Assembly (NCBI GenBank): GCA_951406725.2
Contig: OX597814.1
Coordinates: forward strand, 201,500,001 to 201,564,000
Source of the DNA: Octopus vulgaris
Taxonomy: Eukaryota
Direction of reading: 5' to 3'
Length of the DNA: 64,000 bases
Part shown: piece by piece, positions 54,393 to 64,000 of the stretch
Numbering within the stretch: the first letter of the stretch is position 1
Layout: each line of letters starts with the position of its first letter
Notes under the pieces: model-generated
What the model was told of the DNA's origin: nothing
The model's input: only the letters and a program-made list of their open reading frames with translations
The model's database searches: none
Position numbers and translations under genes: made by a program

Positions 54393-55184
54393 CTAACGAA
54401 ACAATGAAAGAAACAAAGAAAGAGAAGACAAGAGTAAATCAATGAAATTTATAATGAAAACATATAAGTGAAGGAAGATAAAACAGAGACAAATAAAAGT
54501 AAAAATATAGCAAAACAAAAAAAAATTGCTCTGAATCAAAGAACACATGAAATGAAAGAACCTCACAAAATTGCATACAATCTGCCATTTTGAAAATCAG
54601 CAATGTTTCTTTGAAGAAAATGAGGAGCTGGATTCCAACCAATAATGGTTTTGTCAAGAACCTGATAAAAATAAAGAAGAAATCAATGCAATATCAACGA
54701 CATGTGATGTAGAGGAGTTCTGGGAAGAATTAGAAAAAGGTAAGGGATTGTTATGAATAGCTTTATTGAAACAAAACAAATGCAACATCGAAGGAAGATC
54801 ATAACATTACTAAATTAGAAATAACTGGCATAAGAAGGAAATTATAAAATTCTGTTGGAAATATTAACCAAACACTCATATAGATGTGGTAACTTTGATA
54901 GGTTTTGGCCATTATAGGCCCAGGTCATGTCTGACTTAATAGCACCACCTGGTGAAGTCTTTTAATCATATACGGGATACCATGGCCCACTTTAGCAAAG
55001 AGCTATCATTGTTGGAGACATATCCAGTTGTAGGAATTTGTTCCAGGATTTTTTTACGTATTTTGGTATGGTATTAAAGAGAGCTGAACCAGTTGAGTTA
55101 AAGTTGTGACATAATGTTGTTATGTGTCCTGAGTTCGATTTTTGTAATAGGTGGATAGCATGGGGGGGGGGAGGAGTCTTGAAT

Positions 55185-55445
55185 GTATTTTAAAATTGAT
55201 GCCAGTATCATTTGTGCAATATTGATGAAATATTTTCCACATCACACAAATGATGTAACACTCTTGGCACCATTGGAGAGAGTAGAGATTGAGTTTTTTT
55301 TAGTCAACCCCAATAGTCAATGCCTCTCATGCAGTCTATCTTTCTTGTTATTGACCTATTGAGTGCTTCCACTTTCATAATGAGTTGCTTCATTTGGGGA
55401 GACCACAGTGGGTAATAGTACTCAAGGTGGGGTCGAGCAAATCCA
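55185..55445 (-). mobile_element. Old CR1/L2-group LINE fragment
   Basis: RPHLEYYYPLWSP..KVEALNRSITRKIDCMRGIDYWG*LKKLNLYSLQ. Confidence 0.7.
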
Positions 55446-57992
55446 TTTGAATTCTTAAAACTAAAGAAACAGTAAGTCGTAAGATCCAAGAACCCATATC
55501 ATATCTTAATTGCTTTGAAATACTTCAATATTCCTGTGATGAATGTCAGGGTGGTGGAACTATCAGAATAAGTAGAGCATCAGACAAAATGTATTATGAT
55601 ATTTCTTCCAATTCTTTATGTTATGAGTTCAAATCCTAAGATCAACAGAGAGAAAGGCTACCAGCTGGTAGAATTGTTTGTGCACGGGGCAAAATGCTTA
55701 GTAGCATTTCTCCATTCTCTTTATATTCAAATTCCATCCTTTTGGGATCAATAAAATAAGTACTAGTTTAACACTGGGGTTAATTACATTGACTTTATGG
55801 TCCCTAAATTGTTGACCATGGGCTAAAAATGTTGAAACCAATATTCTTGCAATGGATTAATAAACACCTGAAAAAGTCATTTGCAGAAGAATAGAAGTGA
55901 TGCTGCAAAGGTTCCTATGGCTGTAAAGACAAGTTATTGATGCTAGGAAACAGGAAGTTGACCAATGACTGCAAATGGCATGCTTTTGATAGAGTCTCTC
56001 GCATGTGGGCCCTGGAAACAGCCATGTATAAGATATCATCAATAATCCTTTTTATTGGTGGCAGAAGGCTTCAAATTTGTGGAGAGGAGACTAGTTGATT
56101 ACATTGGCCCCACTGGTACTTAATTTATCGACCCTGAAAGGATGAAAGGTAAAGTTGACCTAGGCAGAATTTGAAATCAGAATGTAGCAACAGGCGAAAT
56201 ACTGCAAAGCATTTTGTCCAGTGTGCTAACGATTCTACCAGCTTGCCGCCTCAAAGATAACACATGTAAAAAGCACCATTTGGGTGTGGCCGTTGCCAGT
56301 ACCACCAAACTGACTCTCATGCTGGTGGCACGTAAAAGCACCCACTACACTCTCGGAGTGGTTGGTGTTAGGAAGGGCATCCAGCTGTAGAAATTCTGCC
56401 AGATCAGATTGGAGTCTGGTTCGCCAGTCCTCAGTCAAACCGTCCAACCCATACTAGCGTGGAAAGCGGACGTTAAATGATGATGATGATGATGAGGATG
56501 ATGATGAGGATGATGAGGATGATGATGATATATATATATAGTAGAAATATATACATGATGGTGCTAAGAGCACCATCCGAGCATGATCATTGCCAGAGTG
56601 GCTAACTGGCTTCTATGCTGGTGGCACGTAAAAAACACCATTCAAGTGTGATCGTTACCAGCATCACCCTATTGGCACCTGTGCTGATGGCATGAGAAAA
56701 AATATTCGAGCGAGTTTGTTGCCAGTGCCGCTGGATTGGATCATGTGCAGGTGGCATGTAAAAAACACCATTTGAGCATGGCCGTTGCCAGTACTGCCTG
56801 ACTGGCCCTCGTGCCGGTTGCATGTAAAAGCACCCACTACACTCTCAGAGTGGTTGGCGCTAGGAAGGACATCCAGCTGTAGAAACTCTACTAGATCAAG
56901 ATTGGAGCCTGGTGCAGCCATCTGGTTCACCAGTCCTCAGCCAAATTGTCCAACCCATGCTAGTATGGAAAGCGGACATTAAACGATGATGATGATGATG
57001 ATATATATATATATGCATGTATGTATATATATATAGAGATTATTTATTTCTCTTACACGATTAAACATTTTGTATGAGATTTTTATTCATCTCACACTCT
57101 TCTTGCCTTCCTGATCTTTCTGCTTCCCACTTTTACCTCTCTTTCTTTTACCTGGCTATAACTTTGCACACACTTCTATCACACCCACACATTTCTTCCT
57201 GTGTCTTTTTTTCAGTAAGTTTATCTTACAACATAATAACAGGCGTGTTTTTTAAGGACATCCCTGAAGTACAAATTTTAAATTAAGACTGAAGTTTGAA
57301 AATATAAAAAAACACTTTTAATAGAAATATATGAATAAATCTAACATTATTGCATCGTATAAAATGATAATCATTTCCATCAATTTTTACACCTATTTTC
57401 TCTGCTCTCATAGGTAAACTGTTTCTCTGAGATGCTGTTGTACAGCCAGATGCCCTTCCAGCTGCCAACCCTTAGTTGTCTCTTATGACACACAAGGGTG
57501 TTGTGGACTTATTTCAAAACTAGGATACACTTGGTATATTCTTTCACTTGTTTACTCTTTTATTTGTTTCAGTCATTTGACTGCAGCCATGCTGGAGCAC
57601 TGTCTTAAGTCAAACAAATCAACCCCAGGATTTATTTTTTGTAAGACTAGTACTTATTCTATTGGATCTCTTTTGTCAAACCGCTAAGTTATGGGGACAT
57701 AAACATACCAGCATCAGTTGTCAAGTGGACAAACACAGATGCACAAACACAAACACACACAGACATATATATATTCTTTTATTATTTTACCTCTTTCAGC
57801 CATTTGACTGTGGCCATCTGGAGCAGTCTTAAGTTGAACAAATCGACCCCAGGACTTATTCTTTGTAAGACTACTAGTTATTCTATCAGTGTCTTTTGCC
57901 AAACCGCTAAGTTATGGGGACATAAACACACCAGCATCAGTTGTCAAGTGATGGTGGGGGAACAAGCACAGACACATCGACATACACACAAA

Positions 57993-58029
<37 letters not shown>

Positions 58030-58089
58030 CATCATCATCATCATCATCGTTTAGCGTTCATTTTCCATGCTAGCATGCGTTGGATGGAA

Positions 58090-58226
58090 AGAGTCAGCAG
58101 AAGTTCGCCATTACTTTCTACCAGAGCCGCGTAGGTGTTTTCGCTCATAAACACACACATCGCCTGGTCCTAGATTCGAACCCGCGATCCCTCGACCGCG
58201 AATCCGCTGTTCTAACCACTAGGCCA
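58090..58226 (-). mobile_element. tRNA-derived SINE head fragment
   Basis: tggcctagtggttagaacagcggattcgcggtcgagggatcgcgggttcgaatc; related to the 14279/16339 heads. Confidence 0.7.
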
Positions 58227-58569
58227 TACAACAGGCTTCTTTCAGTTTCCATCTATCAAATCTACTCACAAGGCTTTGGTCGGCCTGAGGCTATAGTAGA
58301 AGACACTTTCCCAAGGTACCACACAGTGGGACTGAACCCAGTGCCACCTGACTGGCCCCTGTACCACTGGTAGGTAAAAAGCACCCGCTACACTCTCGGA
58401 GTGGTTGGCATTAGGAAGGGCATCCAGCTGTAGAAACTCTGCCAGATCGAGACTGGAGCCTGGTGCAGCCATCTGGTTGGCCAGCCCTCAGTCAAATTGT
58501 CCAACCCATGCTAGCCTCGAAAGCGGACGTTAAACGATGATGATGATGATGATGATGATTTATTCTTTT

Positions 58570-58862
58570 TGAGTGTTGGGCCACACAGAGGCAAAGTGGC
58601 TGAGTTCCTTTTGAGTGTTGGGCCTCACAGAGGCAATGGGCAAGACCTTTGGCATTATGTCATGCTTGAGAAGAAGACCCACCAAGTGGTGACATGTAAA
58701 AGCACTCATTACACTCCTGGAGTGGTTGACATTAGGAAAGGCATCCCGCCATAGAAACCATGCCAAGTCAGACTGAAGTCTGGTGCAGCCTTCCAGCTTA
58801 CCAGCCCTGGTCAAGCCGTCCAACCCATGCCAGCATGGACAATGGACGTTAAATGAGGATGA
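58570..58862 (+). mobile_element. RTE-like LINE 3' end with ORF C-terminal remnant
   Basis: LGLTEAM..DLWHYVMLEKKTHQ followed by the shared 3' UTR; supports LINE origin of the (GAT)n-tailed family. Confidence 0.6.
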
Positions 58863-58908
58863 TTTAAATATGCATGTTTCATTTATACTCCCATACAATA
58901 TTGAAAAC

Positions 58909-59176
58909 CAGTGGTTCCCAAAGTGGGTAGAACTGCCCTTTTAAGGGCAGTGGGAAGATCCAGGGAGGTGTTGAAGAAAAGTGGGTTGATTATGGGGTGG
59001 CCAAAACGGGGTAACAGATGTAAAAAAAAAAAACAATATTAATAGGTTGACTAGGTTTAAGTTTTATTTATGAAGTACAATTGTTTTAAATTTGTGGTGA
59101 GGAGAGTGAGGGGGGGTCTAGGAATATGACCCGGGTGCCAAGGGGGTGGCAGCCTGAAAATGTTTGGGAACCACTG
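58909..59176. mobile_element. hAT-superfamily MITE
   Basis: TIR CAGTGGTTCCCAAA / TTTGGGAACCACTG; 8-bp TSD ttgaaaac / ttggaaac. Confidence 0.88.
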
Positions 59177-59289
59177 TTGGAAACTACTTCAAGTATGTTT
59201 ACATTTTTTGTCTTTTATCGCTTACTTGTTTCAGTTATAAATACATACATACATACATATATATATGTAGTCAGTCCACCTGTGCATAT

Positions 59290-59950
59290 ATATATGTAGT
59301 CAGTCCACCTGTGCATACCTTCCTTCTTGTGACACTTGTGAAGACCTGTTGAGGCAAGTGAAAATCAAAATCAAAATCAAAATCAAAACAAATTAAAATA
59401 GAGTGAACATCAATGGAATTTGTATCTTTGTGGTACCAGTGCCGGTGGCACACAAGAAAACCATCCGAACATGGCCGTAGCCAGTACCGCATCGACTGGC
59501 CTCCGTACTGTGGGAACGTAACAAACACCATCCGATCGTGGCCGTTCGCCAGCCTCATCTGGCACCTGTGTCGGTGGCACATAAAAAACACCATCTGAGC
59601 GTGGCCGTTCGCCAGCCTCGTCTGGCACCTGTGTCGGTGGCACATAAAAACACCATCCGAGCGTGGCCGTCTGCCAGCCTTGTCTGGCACCTGTGTCGGT
59701 GGCACATAAAAAACACCATCTGAGCGTGGCCGTTCGCCAGCCTCGTCTGGCACCTGTGTCGGTGGCACATAAAATCACCCACTACACTCTCGGAGTGGTT
59801 GGCGTTAGGAAGGGCATCCAGCTGTAGAAACACTGCCAGATCTGACTGGCCTGGTGCAGCCTTCGGGCTCCCCAGACCCCAGTTGAACCGTCCAACCCAT
59901 GCTAGCATGGAAAGCGGACGTTAAATGATGATGATGATGATGATGATGAT
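59290..59950 (+). mobile_element. RTE-like LINE 3' end with internal ~62-bp tandem repeats
   Basis: Unit aaaaacaccatctgagcgtggccgttcgccagcctcgtctggcacctgtgtcggtggcacat x4-5, then the shared tail and (GAT)n. Confidence 0.75.
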
Positions 59951-59962
59951 ATATATATAATG

Positions 59963-59993
<31 letters not shown>

Positions 59994-60077
59994 TTCTATA
60001 ATATTTCTATTATATGTAATTTTCTAGATGGTGTAATTTCATTTTTTATTTTGAATTGATAAAAGTTGTTCTTTTAA

Positions 60078-60112
<35 letters not shown>

Positions 60113-61199
60113 TGTATGTATGTATGTATGTATGTATGTATCATCATCATCATCATTTAACATTCGCTTTCCATGTTAGCATGGGTTGGACGATTTGACT
60201 GAGGGCTGGCGAACCAGATGGCTGCACCAGGCTCTGATTCTTGATGTGGCAGAGTTTCTATAGCTGGATGCCCTTCCTAACGCCAACCACTCCGAGAGTG
60301 TAGTGGGTGTTTTTTACGTGCCACTGGCACGGGGCCAATCAGGCGGTACTGGCAATGACCTCGCTCGAATCTTTTTACACATACCACCAGCACAGGTGCC
60401 AGTAAGGCAATGTTGGTAATGATCACGTTCGAATGGTGCCCTTTTACATGCCACCAGCATGGAAGCCAGTTGGCTGCTCTGGCAACGATCACACTCAAAT
60501 GGTGCCCTTTAAGTGCCACTGGCACGGAAAATCCTATTCTAGTTTTATTATTAGATATTATTAGGAATTGTATTTAAAAAAATTAAGATATTTGGAGTAT
60601 TGTAAAAACATAAGCAGTTTATTTCTCATAAATTTTAACAAAGAATCTTCTTATATTGGACCCCCAAGGGCCATATGGATCTTGGTTGAGAACCACTGGA
60701 TTAAAGAATGGTAAAGGGATAGGAATAGGTGTCTTGCTGAAGAGGAGATTCATGGCTTCTCCAATTGGAGAGCACGAGAAAAGAAATGGTGAGGGTGAAC
60801 TTATACAACAACAATTATTAATACTAGCCAAATGGTTCACATTAAAGAATTGTTTGTTTTTTTTAAATTTACTTCTAAAGTTTCAAAATCTACAGGGCAA
60901 CATTATTTTGATCGTATATATAGTAATAGGTAAGTGTAATCCAGGCATCCAAGTGTAGGAAGTCAGTAAGCTTTGAGCATGTATGCACCAAGTGTAGATG
61001 GCAAAAACTGGACAATACATAACAGAATGAGATTATTAAGAGCATAAGTTACACACCTCATCCCATATCCAAATCAAAGGAAATTTCTATAAGCTGACTC
61101 ATGGTTTAGCTTAAGAAATTTATTGCAAATATATTTGGATAAACGCCAGCTGGTATTTCTAGGTTTAGTTTGAGAAATGGCGAACAGACATTCAAACGT

Positions 61200-61790
61200 A
61201 TATGTTTACCTTAGAATTGGTGTTTATGTGTGTATGTATATGTATATTTTGCGTACATACATATATACATACATAATTACATGTGTGTATGCATGTATGC
61301 TTACATACATACAGGTGTTCATACATACATGTACATACATACATATATACATGTATATATACATACATATATACATACCTATACATACGTACATATATAA
61401 TTGCATGTATGCATGCATGTATGCTTACATACATACAGGCATTCATACATACATAAATGTACATACATACATGCATACATATACATATATATATATACAC
61501 ATACATATATATACATACATACCTATATACATATGTATGTACATACATAATTACATGTATGCATACCTGCATGCACACATACATACATACATACATACAT
61601 ACATACATACATACACATATGCATACATACGTGCATGCATATATTTATGTGTGTATGCATGTCTACATATATGTGCACATGTGAATGTGTGTGCATGTGT
61701 GTATTTGTGTGAGTATGTGTTTGCATATGTATATGCATGTTAGCATGTACTTGCATGAGTGTGTATATATGTGCATGTCTGTGTGTTTGT
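61200..61790. repeat. Degenerate (TACA/TA/TG)n microsatellite
   Basis: Directly visible. Confidence 0.9.
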
Positions 61791-62752
61791 GAAATTTGCA
61801 TGAACACTGTTATTCCATGTTTATCATTATTTGATCAAAGCAGTGACGATGTTGACATTTCTTGTTGTTATAGCGACTGGTTGCTCTCTACTTTCATAAT
61901 CAGCAGAACAGACAAAAGAAAATGGAACAAGTATCCTTTACCTGACGACAGGTAAAGTTTAACAAAAACAGCACCCAATCATAAAATCTTGCAGCAAATA
62001 ACTCCATGTTCAAACCCATGATAGCCTGTAAAAGAAACATTAATGTTATTGATTAATATTGTTCTATTAAATTTATTAATTACTATAATTTTATTAAATT
62101 TACTTTGGAGCTTTATATTCTCTAATTGAGTACAGATCCGTGTCAAGATGCAATGAACTAGATTGTCCCTTGCATGACCATGAAGTTCTGACAAGAGGTA
62201 AGGTGACACACTGGTTGAATAATGCTTTGTTGTCATGTCTATGTATTCTCTCAGGTAACACCTTATATTATGGCCAACACAACACAATCATATCTTATAA
62301 CTCACTTACACATACTCATAGTTTCTCTGCAGGGTAAATTATATTAAAGAAATGTTTGACACCACAAAATGCATAATATCACAATGTATGAAAGTTAAGG
62401 AGATAGACAAAGAACATGCTGTCTCTCACTCCTGTTTAGAAGTTACATACATATACACACACACACATACACACACACATATCGTTGCTATTATGTTAAA
62501 CTGTCGTATGTATTTTTTTTTCTTCTCAACATTTAATATTGCTTGCAATAGCAGTTTCTTTTGCTCAAACTCTCATATCGCCCATTGCTTCAGAGGCCAA
62601 GATATGAAAATTGTCAAAGTCTAGTACAACAGTTTAGCATTTTTCAAAAAGTGTAGTAAGTCTCATATATGACAGTTTTGCAAAAATATTTCTGGCTGAA
62701 AATATCTGACATACATGGAGTTACAATTTTATGCATAAAACAAAGAAATATT

Positions 62753-62792
62753 GGACTATAGTTTCAAGGTAATTACCTTGAAACTATAGTCC
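62753..62792. repeat. Perfect 40-bp palindrome
   Basis: ggactatagtttcaaggtaa|ttaccttgaaactatagtcc. Confidence 0.95.
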
Positions 62793-63478
62793 GTATATAG
62801 TACTTAGGTCTTCAAGGGAGGATGACCTCCCTTTGCAAATAACACAAGGGCACTGAGATAGTGTCTAAAGTCCATCTGGTGACGTTGATCGTCTGGGGCT
62901 AAAAGCATCAGTAACACCCCACCCCCAGTGGCTAGCCACATTCAGATGGCTAGTACACCTTACATTGTCGAGCGGTTACTGTTTATATCTTGTTCAGAGA
63001 TTTATTATTGCTTTCAGACAGTTTTTCTAAATCAGTGACAGTGGTTGCTGTGAAAAACGTTATATATTATTTGAAAGAAATATTGTTAAGTTGGAACTGT
63101 TGCTAATGTAAAAAAATTGGATGGTGAAATTATTTTTTGTTTTCTGAAAAAGCAACATTTTGGACTTACGACACTTTTGCATAATAGCAACAGGGTATAA
63201 ACAGATTGAACGTTCAAAGAATTAAGGTAATTAAATATACTCCCTGTCGTTCAGCTATAATCAGATTCAGCTGAAGGTTTTCTTTCTTTCTCCTTGTATT
63301 GCAAATTACTTGGTGACCTTACAAGTGCTGGTGTCATGAAAAGAAAAAGCATCCAGTACACATTGTGAAGTGGTTGGTGTTAGGAAGGTTATCCAGCCAT
63401 AGGAACCATGTCATTGGAGTTCAGTGACAGGTTGGGTTGGATCCTATCAAACCATCCAACCCATGGCAGCATCAAAAT

Positions 63479-63703
63479 TGATGATGATGATGATGGCGGT
63501 GGTGGTGATAGTGGTAATGGTGGTGATGATGGTGATGATGGTGGTGATAATGGTGATGATGGTGATAATGATGGTGGTGATAGTGGTGATGATGGTGGTG
63601 GTGGTGGTGGTTGTGATGATGATGATTATAATGATGATAACAATGATGATGATGACGGCAATAATAATGATGATGATGATGGTGGTGGTGGTGGTGATGA
63701 TGG
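63479..63703. repeat. (GAT/GGT)n microsatellite
   Basis: Directly visible. Confidence 0.9.
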
Positions 63704-64000
63704 TTGCTTATTCTACGATGTACAAAACTACATGAATGATAACATATCCCAGAGATCTAAATGCTTCGAAGATTTTCAGTGATTGGTTCTTCCTTTCTAT
63801 TTTAAAGTCAGTTTCTTCTCCTACTTTCTATTTGCTTCAGCCAGTGGATGGCGCCCATGCTGGGGCACCTGCTTGAAGGGCTCAATCAAGCAAATTGACT
63901 CAAGTGCTTATTTTTTAATACCAGATTTAGAAATAAGTCTGACACTGATTTCATAGGATGTAAACAAACCAACACCAGTGGAAAAACGTTTGGGTGGGGG

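Noticed and set aside
59440-59775. CRISPR-like array
   Set aside because: Whole units repeat with no unique spacers; eukaryotic retroelement context, no cas genes.
60640-60698. hAT-like terminus gttgagaaccactg
   Set aside because: No matching left TIR or TSD found.

Overview
AT-rich, repeat-dominated eukaryotic DNA; the SINE/LINE families and microsatellite density suggest a cephalopod (Octopus-like) genome, which is inference. No intact protein-coding gene is evident. Contents: at least 7 decayed or internally deleted Tc1/mariner elements and MITEs, a hAT MITE, CR1, R4/Dong and RTE-like LINE fragments, several tRNA-derived SINE families, Penelope-like elements (PLEs), and many micro/minisatellites that produce most of the listed ORFs. 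The most notable feature is 40409-42240: a young, apparently non-coding ~493-bp unit present as three tandem copies plus an inverted 5' copy between (TA)n tracts. Each copy carries a complete type I hammerhead ribozyme motif with an unusually enlarged stem II, giving a retrozyme/non-autonomous PLE-like array predicted to release 492-493-nt monomers. Six further hammerhead motifs (intact to decayed) from other PLE-type families are present, one downstream of a tRNA-like segment. Two phase-compatible candidate exons of an unknown membrane protein lie on the minus strand (low confidence).
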